NCBI GenBank assembly: GCA_977862235.1
Contig: OZ374559.1
Span: 2,418,001-2,482,000 of the forward strand
DNA length: 64,000 nt
From: Dudresnaya verticillata
Taxonomy: Eukaryota
Direction of reading: 5' to 3'
Shown here: piece by piece, positions 37,451-49,600 of the stretch
Numbering within the stretch: position 1 is the first letter of the stretch
How the letters are laid out: each line of letters opens with the position of its first letter
Notes under the pieces: model-generated
Told to the model about the DNA's origin: nothing
The model's input: only the letters and a program-made list of their open reading frames with translations
The model's database searches: none
Made by a program: the position numbers and the translations under genes

Positions 37451-38100
37451 TGGACATTTATGACGCCCATGAAGTATGAGAGAAGAATGCTACAGCTGTT
37501 GACGGCTGTTCCACAGGTGCGGAAAGGAAATCCGCGCTTCGAGACGCAGTTTCGAGGATTGGTCCCAAGTGACCTATGGACACCTGCTTGCAAGAGCAGG
37601 TAATTCCAATATGTCTGCCTGGATTATTTACGTCTCTCCACTTTATCGCTGCATGTGAGTTGGCTGTAGGAGATAGCAAGCCGTCTTGCCTCTTTGAACA
37701 ATCAGAAGCTGGTACTGGTGTTGGTGGGGGTGAGGCAGATTTTCCGACTGCCTTACGCGGCGTCTTTCGATCGTGTTTCGATAGTATGGCAAGGTATTAT
37801 ACCTTTAAATCACTCTCAGACACTCCTCTGGGCTCGTTCAACGCAATGTGAAAGAGATTTGCGCTATGGTCACAACCTCATTGCACTCTTGTAACTCCTG
37901 TGGCGCGTCGGGAAAGCTCCGAGTATGCAAATCTACAGTTACATGAACGGAGCACCGGCTTTGGCGAGCAGAGCGAGGCGGACGCGTTGTGGTAGAGTGG
38001 CACGGCGGAAAGGCGCGCACAACGGCCCGGGCGGTGATGTGCGCGCAGAGAGATTTACTAATGGCGGTTATCGTGCCATAACGGTTTCGGAGCAGGTCTT

Positions 38101-38642
38101 TTAGGATTCGGAGCGGGAGGATCGTGGGCTGGCTTGGGCCTCAACGGATGTGATCACAGTTTCCAGGGCAAACATTGCCTGCGATAAGGCCAATGTGACA
38201 CTGCGATGAACTCGGCGAAAGAAACTGCCAACCATGCGCAGAGCCGCTCGCTGCAGACGGGCAACCAGCTGACTCAGCTCATCCTGAGCGCTCCTAAGTT
38301 GCTGCAATTCTTCTTCAAGCTCAACGAGTTGCGCTTCGACATCTTCGAGACTTATGTCATCCGTTTGCATCAGGCTTGTTCCGTGACTTCAGACTCCTCG
38401 TTTCTGCGGGCAAGGTGGCGCTGCAAACCCGCGATATGTACTCTTGATTCTGTAAGTTTCTCCTGGATGAAGACAAGCAGACAGTTGATTTGACACACAA
38501 CTGGCCACCCTAGTCGTTGAAGCTCACGCGACAAGTACGATACTGTCTCCCGAATGGCCCTGATCTCCCCCTGTAGTGTAGCTATCTTCTCCTGAGCGGA
38601 ATGCAGCCTCCCTTCTCTTGTCTCTTGATACATGTTGTGCAT
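38101..38642 (-). CDS. Coiled-coil ORF pair (TGATG overlap or frameshifted single gene)
   Basis: Heptad-rich segments LHSAQEKIATLQGEIRAIRE and LEDVEAQLVELEEELQQLR; stop and start overlap at 38370. Confidence 0.4.
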
Positions 38643-39406
38643 AAGGTAGAGTCTGGAACGTTTGTCTCACGGCGAACTTCAAATTTGCAGACTGGTACTT
38701 GATGCACAGGTTGGTGCATGTTCGCAAACTGGTGAAAAGCCAGCTGTAGCCCACGGCAGCTCATTGGATTGACTTGTCCTTCTTCTGCAAGAAAAATCAC
38801 GGGGTATCGAGACGCAAACATCAACGCTGCCGGCAGCCGGGGTCTTACTTCTCAGCCACTCTCGATGCTATTTCTTATCCTTGACGCCCATCAATACTAC
38901 CCGCTTGTGGTCGCATGGCGGAATAGAGCAGTCTGCAGGGCGTACACTTGCGATACCGAGTACTGCTTCTTGATTGACGGGGACTCGAGATTCGCGACTT
39001 GTCCGTTCTGATTGGTAACATGGCACGCTCGTCTCTCGAATCAGACTGTTTTGTTCGCACTGGCGCTATAGTGTATGGCGGAATGGAGTGGTGCATACAG
39101 AGCGAGAGGCAAGCCCTTCCAATACCAGTCGTTTTAACTGGGATCCGTAGCAACTGTGGGCATGCGCAAGCCTGTCATGCAGAACGCCCCACCGCCTCTG
39201 GAACAGTATTATATCGGTGTCGTTTCAGAAGCGCCCTCGGCCCTCCCGAGTATTTCAGCTCTTCAGAACAAGTAGCGCACAGCTATCGCGCCCTAGCGGG
39301 AACATCGATTTTGCTCCTTCACTTCGCCCGCCCTGAGTGCAAGGAGCATCTTGCACTAGTGCATTGCAAAAGGGTCAGACTCCCCTGCCGAAAGGGGTAG
39401 TAGGAC

Positions 39407-40468
39407 ATGGCCCAAGCCTCATCTGGGCAGGTTTCGAAAGCAGCAAGCGTTCCAGTTCAGAACGACGACGACTTCGGCGATGAGCTGCTTCCCGGAACAA
39501 AGCCCGGCGCACGAGTCATGCTAACTCTCAACGGGGAACACGTTGCTCCAGCAACCCTGCTACGACCTCATGATTTTATTGAGGGTGCCGTTGATCCCAG
39601 TGGGCGATTCAGCACATACCTGCACGGGCGCAACCTTGGGCCTCAACAACGTGATGGAGAAGTATGGGTTGTAGTTCACCTCGTGCGATGCCTCCACAAC
39701 TTCAATTCCTACGAAAGCCCGTTCCAGTACAAACCAGGCAGTACGCCTTGTCCGGAGACACTGAGTCGAATGCAGACTGGAAAACACGCCTGGGACCTAT
39801 TCCAGATTGAGGAGCTCGTAACCATCTACAATACAGAGCGCAGAAAAAGCTCAGGTGCAACTGTTTCCGGAGTGGAAAAACGTGCGGTGGCTGACGCTAA
39901 CCCACCAACACCCCCTCTGCTCAGGGGTCGCAAAACCGCTCCTCACCCAAAACAGCAGCATGGTGCGGAAGAAATGGCAGCGGTGAACAGCCCTTCAACA
40001 CCACCGCCAGAGAAGGGCAATGAAGAGGAAGAAGTCACAAAACTTCTGCAGTACACACCTGTACGCCGGCCACCTATGCGTGAACGACCCCGGAAACCAT
40101 CCAAGAATAACGTCCCGGACGCCTTACCAGTCTCTTCGGCCCCAGTGTCTCTTGAAACCACGACTACACCCGTGGAAGAGAGAGATCCTCGTGTAGGCGT
40201 GACAGACAGAGGCGATCCAGATCTGAAACAAAACTCTGCTAGGGCTGTCGGATCTATTCCTTCTCGAGGAAAAGGAGCATGCGACGAAGAGAACTGTATC
40301 ACGTCCGAGCCATGCCCTGCACACAATGTCAGACATACGCCTGAAAGCAGTTCGGGTTTTAGTAGTGGCGCACCAGAACCGGACCCTGATGCTACCCGGC
40401 GTTGGCCGCGAGTACTAACACAAAGGGTGACGTGGAACGAACGCCAGGTGCTGATGGCTCGGAAATAG
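39407..40468 (+). CDS. Transposon accessory ORF / N-terminal part of the transposase gene
   Basis: 353-aa ORF. The N-terminal globular domain (VMLTLNGEHVA..LHGRNL..PFQY..TL..HAWDL) resembles the MTase C-terminus; the rest is low-complexity. It overlaps the next frame. Confidence 0.6.
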   Translation: MAQASSGQVSKAASVPVQNDDDFGDELLPGTKPGARVMLTLNGEHVAPATLLRPHDFIEGAVDPSGRFSTYLHGRNLGPQQRDGEVWVVVHLVRCLHNFNSYESPFQYKPGSTPCPETLSRMQTGKHAWDLFQIEELVTIYNTERRKSSGATVSGVEKRAVADANPPTPPLLRGRKTAPHPKQQHGAEEMAAVNSPSTPPPEKGNEEEEVTKLLQYTPVRRPPMRERPRKPSKNNVPDALPVSSAPVSLETTTTPVEERDPRVGVTDRGDPDLKQNSARAVGSIPSRGKGACDEENCITSEPCPAHNVRHTPESSSGFSSGAPEPDPDATRRWPRVLTQRVTWNERQVLMARK

Positions 40469-42908
40469 AGAACGGTGAGGAGCAATCAGATGCGCCGACG
40501 TTGGATCTGGTGAGCGACGCAGAGGTGGAAGGTGGAAGTGATGGAATATTAGAAGACGAAGATACTGGAAGCGACCAGGAAATTGAGGACCTCACCACCA
40601 AGGACGCGGATTACGTGCCAAGTGCGACAATTTCACGAAGACGCACGGCAGCATGTGAGGCTGAACGGGTCCCGCAAACTCCCAGAGTTGCTGAGGATGA
40701 GACCAATGGCTCCCGAAAGAGAAGTTACCGCTTCTACGCAATACAAAGAAAGAAGTTGAGGGTTGGTGATACTGCATTGCAAAAGCGTCGCAATGCTGCT
40801 CTGGGAAGGCTTGATGAAGAAGACTGGGGCTCCAAGGAGTGCTGAATGCGGAAGCAATGCTTCAAGAGGGTATCGATTGTGTACATGAAAGCCTAGATTC
40901 GCAAACTGTTGCGTATGGACGCCCATGATCGACGAAACTATTTGCACGGGTTGTTGCAGCGACCGGGATGGAATTATTACTTCGACGGTAAGCCAGTATG
41001 CTACACGTTCCTGTAGACGGCGTTTGGGTTTTCCAGGGACCTGCAATATTCAGTCAAACAGTTTGGTGGAAGCCGACCTATGGAGGTGACAATGCCGTGC
41101 CGTATCATCCTCCGAGTGAGGGCAGGGATAAGATACTAAGTTACCTCAACCGGCTTGCTGAGATAACAGCAAGCTGCATGCCCGACGCAGATGAGAAGCA
41201 TCTGCCGTACTTTGATAAGGCTGCGGTCTACGAGAACTTCCTTCTGGACCAGGATAGACCGTATCCTGTAAAAGACCCGCCTCGACTAAACTACTTCTAC
41301 CACGTCTGGAAGCAGCACCGCAGTGACATAAAAGTCCGCAAAATCCAACGCTTCACAAAGTTTTTGGAGTGTGAAGAATTTCGTGCTGGACTTGCCAGGG
41401 CCGGTACAAACCGCAGGCTTGCGGAGCCGTTCCTGCTCCGTAGAAAGGAACACTACAAGCTGGTTACAAAGGAGAGGGTGTACTACATGGAGAATACGGA
41501 AAAAGCTACTTTGTATCCCTCCGAGTACTGTTCACTGCTAATTGATGGCGCGGAACAGAAATTGTTCGGAGTACCAAAGTTCGTGGTCAGCACAAAGGCT
41601 ACGCGTGGACATGCCATAGCAAACAAATTTGTGGGCGCATTGGAACACGGTTCATTGAAGCACCTATCCCTGTTCGTCATGACAGGAGATTTTGAGACCG
41701 GTGCAAATCACATGATCGAAACAGTCCATCGCCTTCTCACAGTCAAGCATAACCATGGCACTCTGCAGCCTACGCTGTTACTGCAGCTAGACAACTGCAC
41801 CCGGGAGAACAAAAATAAGTACATGCTTTCTTACCTGGAGTGCTTAGTCGCGTGGGGTGTTCTGCATGAAGTGCAGGTTTCCTTTCTCCCAATCGGCCAC
41901 ACCCATTCCGATATCGACCAGGCCTTCAGTTGCACAAGCAAGAGGGTCCGATCAAAAGACATGCCGACCATGTCTTGCCTTCTCCGCGAACTAAGCATGT
42001 CATACACGCCGCGTCCATCGGTGGCAAGGTTGCTGCAGGTAGCCAGCTTTTCCGGGCTGTGTGACAAGTATGCATGTATTGGCAAGACTGAAGCATTCTC
42101 ACACTACATATTCTTTCGAATTACTCGCCAACGTGGAAAGGGCATGGGCAGAAAAGCGAGATTCCGCACGCGATGCCTCGTCAAGATTCAGTGTGGAAAT
42201 GAGTGGAAACCACTTGTAACAGAAGCACGTGGCAGCTCTCTCAAACAGGAAGGCTTCATACTATTCACCCCTGACCGCGTTAGGACGCCAGAGACCATAG
42301 CGCGATGCCCACTTGATATGAAGGAGGTCAATGATCGCATACGTTGCACCGAAGTCCGAGCGCTCAAGGCGTCGCAGATCACCGAACTGGAAAATCTTAG
42401 GGATCACGTCTATAGAGATCGAAACGAACCATTTCACTGGGACTTGGATCACGCCCCGGAGACGAATGGGAAGCTGCGAAGCGATAGTAGACAGGATAGA
42501 GACTCCGAAATGCTTCCGAAGATACCAGAAGAGGAGCAACTACCCGCACAGGACCTAATCTACAGCCACAACAGAATGGTGGCCGTCAATTATGTTCAGG
42601 CGACCGAGCAATGTCCTTTTTACGTGGCAAAAGTGATGGAAGTTGTGAAGGGGGACGATGGAAGGTTTCGAAATTGTTGTTGCGGTGGTATGAAGCCAAG
42701 CACACCGGTAATGTTTTCAGTGCAGCTTACAAACCTTAGTTCTACAAAACCAGGCGCGGGGTCGCAAAGGAATGGGAAGAAGACGTCACCGTCGATTGCG
42801 TACTTGTGGAGTTTGAGTCGCTCACTCGAAATAACCGTCTGCCGGTTGCAGTACAGAAGAAGTTGCGCGAGTGCCTTCACAAACAGTAGCGCCCGCAGCC
42901 ATCTGTAG
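40402..42908 (+). pseudogene. Sola-like DDD transposase, degraded
   Basis: Reading through stops at 40843, 40894 and 41014 gives EC*MRKQCF and YYFDGKPVCYTFL*TAFGFS. Core motifs: LLIDG, LQLDNCTRENKNKY, FLPIGHTHSDIDQAFS. A frameshift at ~42661 extends the C-terminal domain to 42889. Confidence 0.8.
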
Positions 42909-43059
42909 AGCAAGGAATAGATGTAAGTTTACTGAGTCAGAATGGGAAGTATAGAGTGAAGGTGATTAGGGTAATGTGTTTGGGAGCTGCTATGAAACTG
43001 GTTTGTTTTCCTGTTCGTCCAGGACTACCACTTTCTATACTTGAGCAGTAGTGCTAGGA

Positions 43060-43610
43060 CGCGAAATTGGTACTGTGCGAGTACTCGCAATTTGCATTGC
43101 AAGGCAAGGAACGCACACCACGTGGTGTGCGTTCCTTGCCTTGCAATGTAAATAGCGGGGTTTGTTTGTGGTCAGCGTTGCAAAAGCGTTTGAGGCAATG
43201 CACACCGGAAGCCATTTGAAGTTAGAGCGGTTGATGTAGTGGTCCAGCACGTGATGAAGTTTCAGCACTTCAGCAGTTGGCGTCGACGGAAATGAAAACA
43301 CGCGAAATTGTTGTTGTGGAAGTGATTGTTATTTGCCTTCCCATGGCAATACGAGGGCAATGATAACACGCGAAATTGTTGTTGTGCGAGTGATTCCTAT
43401 TTGCCTTGCAATGGCAATACGGGGGTAATGACAACTCGCGAAATTGTTTTCGTGCGAGTGGATTGCGTTGTTTGGCTTGCAATGGCAATAGCGGGGGCTG
43501 TTTGCGCAGCGATGTAGAAGCGATTGAGGCAAGGCGCATCGGCAGCCATGCGCAGGTAGAGCGGTTGGTGTCACTCTGCAGTACCTGATGCAGTTTCAAC
43601 ACTTGAGCAG
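43060..43610. repeat. Subterminal degenerate repeats
   Basis: ACGCGAAATTG(TTGTTGTG)-like units at ~43068, 43300, 43368, 43436. Block ~43135-43275 is repeated at ~43475-43610. Confidence 0.7.
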
Positions 43611-43799
43611 GACCTGCTCAATTTTCCCCCAGTCGCACAACACTTACCGCCGCGGCGGGGCATGTCGTAGACGTGAAGTGTACAACTTCACGCGCACTTT
43701 GACATACCCTGCGCGGTGCGGTACAGTTGGGTCGCGAGGTGCGCGGCTTGATGGAGAGGGCGGCAGGGGCGGGTGTAGACAGCGGGGTGTGGTGAGTTT

Positions 43800-44317
43800 G
43801 CAGTCTGATATGACAAGCGAGATGGCGGTAGAGGTGGTGCGGCACAGGCGCCGCACTGGACCCGGAGTGGAATGATGGCCACGAGACGGAGGGGTGATAC
43901 TGGTGAGCCAGGGTAAATCTGGACCAAGCAGTACCAGTCGTGCGGGGCGACACTGCGCCCTTGGTCCCAGCCCACGGCAGGCCGGAGGGTGAGGCGAGCG
44001 GGGCCAGGCATGCTAGAGCACTGGCGCCGGTTCGCTGCCAGGCGCGCCCGGGAGGGCAGCAGGTGGCAGTGCAATTTCTGGCTAAATTTTAATCCAGAAA
44101 TTCCGAAACTTTCCAACCGTTCGCGAAAGTTTCGGAACATTTCACCCCTATATGCAGCACGCCATAACTCCGCAACCATACCTGCTATCCCAAAACCGAT
44201 TCCACCATTATTCTCAGCTCTCTCTTCCCAGTCCAAAGCGATATAGACATCGTCATTCCATGAGAATTTTTCAGACTGATTCGCGACACAGATTCTGAAA
44301 ACCCGGAAATCTGTGTT
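43800..44317 (-). repeat. Right terminal inverted repeat
   Basis: Reverse complement of 23930-24560. Confidence 0.9.
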
Positions 44318-46300
44318 CTTGGGCGGTGGTCAGGAGCGTTATAACGTTTGGGAGGCATGAATGTAGGCCCGCGACGTTTCAAGTCCCTACTAGCATGTTT
44401 CTCCTGTGTTTTGAGGACCCGTTTTTGCGGGGGGTGTGGTGTTGGAAATACACGAGTCTTGGTTTTGATGTCTAGCAGGCATTGGGTCGGCGTTGGCCAC
44501 GGCCCTGTTTTCCAATGAGGTAAGCTTCGTGAAGCCGCGCGCGGTGAGGGACGGGTACTGTCGTATGGTGGGGCTTCTTTGGGGGTCAGTTCTGGCTTGC
44601 GAGTATGGGTGGGTGTCCATCGGGTCTGCATTTGGAAGAAGAGAGTGATCGCGGGATCCAGAGTTTTGTTTTTGGGTTGCGTCCGGTATTGTTGGGTTGA
44701 GCCCAGTCCCCGCAGGTACTGTCTTGTCTTGAGGGGCGGTCTCATTTTGTGCGCGTCCCTCGTCTGCAAGGGGACAATCCCAAGGGAAGCAATGTACGAT
44801 ACGGGGTTGGGAGGCGCGCTGTCGAAGGCCGAGTGATTGATCTTGGCCATTAGTAGCGATCCGTGTTTTTAAACGACGGCGAACAAACGGGTGGGTGACA
44901 GAAAGCGTTCGGAGCTGTATTTGGTACCATTGTGCAGTGGGAAGGTGAGGCGTTAATTTTCCATTGCGCCACGAGCGCATGGCGACGTTCACGACGTGAT
45001 TCCATTGTTGTTCTGTTCCCGCCATGATTAGGGGGTTTGATGGGATCTAAATCGTCTTGTATCGGGCGCATGAAGCGGGACAATCGCCTCACGACCATGT
45101 CTCGGAGATCCTCTTCGAATATCACCTCGACAGTATATGGAGCGGTGGTAATATGGTACGAGATGTTGCGTAGTGCACGTCTGTCGCCGTTCATTACATC
45201 ATGGAGTATGCATCTCTGTAGGTCACTCAGCCTGACTCACTTTTCATACCTGAAATAGGTGACGGTCAGGGGGCTGCAAACGTCCCACGTATTGGGTGAG
45301 GGGTGCCGGTCGTTACGGTACATTTGGTTAAGCGCGTCCATCGTCATTGGGGGATCTGGGGTGACGGTGTGGCCTGCAAGTGCTGCTTCTAGGAACGTTG
45401 GTGAGGCTGAAGCTACAGCGGGGCGCACTTGAACCTACGGTTGTCGTTGCGGGGGCAGTAGAGTTTCATTGGAGGTGATTTTGCAGCCAGGCGTATTCCT
45501 GTGCGATGAGGGGTTCCGTAGGGTTCCTGGACTGGTCGAAAGGACGGGTTCTGCGTTCGGTGCGGTCCATTCTTGCGCGGTCGGTGGGTTTAAACGGCTG
45601 TTGATCAGGGCTGCCGACGAGCTTGTCCGCTGTTGCGCGAGCTGTGTTGCATCTTCTCGGGCGCTTTGGGCACTTTCCGTGACCTAGTTTGACAGTTTGT
45701 TGGTCTGGGTTTCCAGATTCGATTGGAATCACACTGCCGTGTCATGGATACGTGCAGATAGCACTGCTTTCGCCTCCACTAGGTTCTTCTCAATAGTCGT
45801 CATTCGAGCGCGCTGCTCAAGGAGTTCTTCTCTAGTTTCTTGGAGGCCTGTCTCCTGTCGTTGAGGGGAGGTCTCCAGTGCGGCGAAAGCTGATCCCGTT
45901 GCACGTGCTCGGAGGTCTTGCCGATGCCCCGTTTTGTTTTTGTCGATGAGTCTCAACATGGAACTGGCGGCGTGGCGTAAAGCGTCACCGGTTCAGAGCA
46001 CGGTAAGAAGCGACGATCCTTGATATGTCGAGTGGCAGACTTTGCAGCGGTAATCAATGCCCTCGCTCGTCGTGTTTTCGGTTGAGATGGGGATGAGGGT
46101 GGCGGGGCGAGGGGTAGGGCATCTGAAGCAGACGTACAAGAGGGGCGTTTCGGGGCTGAGGAGGTGTGGCCCGGCTCGGGCTGCGAGTTTGGGTAGGCAG
46201 AGCTCCCTGGGTTGCAGTCTTACATTACACCGTGAAAGCACGTCAGCATTCTGACCGTTGCGGGTACTTGATTGGCCATCTCGAGAGATCAGTTTTTCAT
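44318..46300 (-). pseudogene. Degraded ORF1-like region, probably of a non-LTR retrotransposon
   Basis: N-terminal CFRC...CKVC, a coiled-coil (RARMTTIEKNLVE), then TVEVIFEE..DLDPIKPP..QWK and a Pro/Thr-rich tail. Many stops. Confidence 0.45.
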
Positions 46301-46635
46301 GATCTGGATGTTGGGTAGGTGACGTCGGGTGGCCCGTTTGTCCGGGTGATGGGCCACACATTGGTAATGACGGTGAGCTGGCGCTTACGGGCTTTCGTTT
46401 GCGGGGCGCCGACTCCTCGAGTGACGTTGGTGGAATGTCAGATGGGAGGTGTTGCAGCGTAGCGTGGCCCTGTGCTGTACTATTCTTTGAGTGTTGTGGC
46501 CATCTCTCCTTGTGTTGCAATTTGCGGCCAGTCCTACGGCCAAGCTTCATTTCCGTCAAACGTGGTCGATTCCGTTTATTTTTATCCCAATGAGGTATCT
46601 GAGCGTCTTGAATCCTGCTTCGAGAAGTCACACGG

Positions 46636-49600
46636 TTACATGCCTTGGAACATCAGCAGTTGTAGGCTTTCTGAAACAGAACTCTCTATTTTTGTAAGCG
46701 GGTCGGCAAGATTGATTGTGCCGGGGATCCGTGAAACTCTGTTGAGAGAATGCGTCTCGAAATTATAACGAAGTAGAGCAACATCTGCAGCGATGGACTT
46801 ATCATCTGGAACCCGGAAAGTAGACATGGATGAAAATAAGTCTTTCGAATCAAAGACAATCCATAGATGAACAGGTCCTCTAAGTAAAAAGGAGTATATT
46901 GAAGCAAGTATCTTTCCGTCATCCAATGCCTCACCAGCTGCCATAACCTCTGCCGATGCACTGGACTTTGCAGGACGTCTGATAAGGTGTGAACGCCAAG
47001 TCAGCACATGGAATATTAAGTCCTTCTTCATATCATCAAGCAGTAAACCAGCCAGGTATCCTAATTGACCATGGTTATTGGGTCTAGCTGCATCAGAAAA
47101 GACCACTATAGATGCATCGTAGGAACCATTATGCGGTCCCTTAAAAAGTGTTGTAGACCCAAATTGTTTCAGTTTGCGTACAAGTCCACCTTGTCGCATG
47201 AGTTCGTGTACCGTGGCATTCAACAAGTCAGTTCCTTACTTGCGCCTAAAACGTGTGAGCAAGTGTGGTGAAAGAGACTCAACTTTGTCATCAGCACAGA
47301 TTCGAATCGTTCCTTCCTTCTCTTGAGGTATTGTTAAGCCGAAGAAGGAAAACTCACCAGGTAAATGAACAATGGTTCCACGATTGTATATTTTTCCAAG
47401 TGCTTCGATAAACTGTTGTTTCACGGATTCTTTGCCAGTGCTCAGAAGATCATCAACAACCTTCGCAGCTAGTAATACCAACTCTTATCCGTGCATTAGA
47501 ACAAACAACTGCGGTATGTGAACAACAGAATTCAATCCAAGTTCTAGCAGTGTGGAGTCAGAATGCTTTTGCCATTTGGCATTTGCATTCACTAGACCAT
47601 GGCTAGCTGCCAACAGTAGCCAATAAAAATACCTATGTATACACTCTTGCGGTGGTATCACTATGTATACACTCTTGCAGTGGTATCACATAAAAATCCC
47701 TCTGAGCAGGACCAGATTGCAGAAACGCACTCTTCACATCAATTTTCCTCACGAACCAATTGAAGAGGACCGCAATTGATAGCAGTACACGAAAACCAAC
47801 AGGCGGGCAGGCAGATGAGTCCGTTTTTAGCGATACGCGATCCCGATCCTTGTTCCCATGAGGTGCAATGCGCGCCTTGCATCGTAAAGTTCCACCGTCA
47901 AGTCGTTTCATTTTGTATAAAACATGACAAAACATGACTTGTAATCACATTTGGGGAGCAAGGGACTTTAGATACATGAACCTTCTCACATGTGGCCAAA
48001 ACGTTTGTCTGTTCTTCGATATATGCATTATGCAGAACTGAAGGGGTTGACCTTGAGCAGCACTTAGTAGAAATTCTTTGGATCCAAAGCGTTTGTGGTA
48101 GCATTCCAAATTCCGTTGTTCAGAGTGCAGTAACTCTTGACCAGGTTGAATAACAATATCTGCTGCGCTAGCGTTTCTTGTTTGCGAGCGAGTAATCATT
48201 TGACGTTCATCGTTATTACCATTGTCCATCTCATTGAGCTTTCTGACACCAACACGTCCAGAAGGAGGGTGATACGTAACCATTTCGTCACAGATAAAAG
48301 CTTCGCCAGGGTTAGTTGCGGCTTCTGCATCAACAGCACTTCCATTTTCTTCATCATTGTTCATCCCACTATGTCCATCATCATCAGCATCAGAAGTCAT
48401 CAACTCATCATCATCCATTACATCAACGAGGTTCATCATGCTATTTCGGTCATCATCGCTAGATTCTTCCAAGTGTTCTGCGTCAGTAATACCATCAATA
48501 GCTGAATGTAAAGAATTATCGCAATCATCTATGGCCGTCTGGACCAAATGCGAGAAATCTGCTGAGCTAGGTGGTGCGAAGCGAACATCTTCTACGGCGG
48601 CCTTAATAATTCTTCCAACCTTACCGGGGACGGTAACCGTTTTCGAAGAGGAATCGAAATCTAGAACAGGTTTGGGCAGTGTCCATTTTCCACGTTTTTC
48701 GTGGGGTTGCTTAATAAAGATCTCTACGAGATCACCAACATGTACGGGGATATCTTTCGTAGCCTTTGAACGTAAAATGGAGGTCAATTAGCGGCAAGCA
48801 GAAAGTTCTTCTTGCGCCGTGAGAATATCAGCAGGAAGCTTGACAGGATAATATGTTGGTTGAATAGGACGCGTATAGCCTTTAGCCATCTCATGAGCAG
48901 ATGCAAGGTCATTGCCATAGAGGTCATTCGATTGTGCATCGCTTGTATAACAAGCAAACAACTACTGGCTTCCGGGTTTGCGTGTCGAAGACGTGTAAAG
49001 ATAGATTTGATTTTTCTGTGCTTAGATTCCAGAGAATTATTGCTAGGATGCCTGGGAGGTACTGGACGGAAGGAGGTCCCAATAGTGGAAAGGTGTGATT
49101 TAAACTCTTCAACGTTGAAAGCAGGATCACCTTGAATGGCATTAGGATTCCAAAACTGCGAAACCCACCAGGATTCCAGCACATTGATTGCTTCTCTCAT
49201 TGTCATAGATGATACGCAATCACCAGCAGAGTAACGAGAACTAGAGTCCATAATGTGGTCCACGAACACGAGATCATTAATACCTCTAGACATGGTATTT
49301 AGTGAAACAGCCCGTGACTTGGTCGGTACGTCAGTCTCATGGCAGCTTCGACAAGTTTCCAGTACCTTGGACAGGTATGAAGAGCAATCCTCATTCCAAA
49401 GTTTATTACGTTGTAGCAATGTCTTGATGTCTTGATAATTGGAATGGCCACAGACATGCCGGTGAACCTTGTCGATTACTGCTTTCAACTCAGACCAGGA
49501 GAGAGCAGAACGACTTCCAGATGCAATTTGCAAGCTAGAACATATGAGTGAGCTCCTTGCAGTAAGGAATCTGGAGAAGGGAAGGCAATCTAAAAGATCA

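Larger units (their letters stand above)
23930..44317. mobile_element. ~20.4 kb putative DNA transposon (Sola-like DDD transposase) with long TIRs and cargo genes
   Basis: Inverted termini AACACAGATTTCCGGGTTTTCAGAATC at 23930 and 44317(rc). Transposase lies inside. No clean TSD found. Confidence 0.7.
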
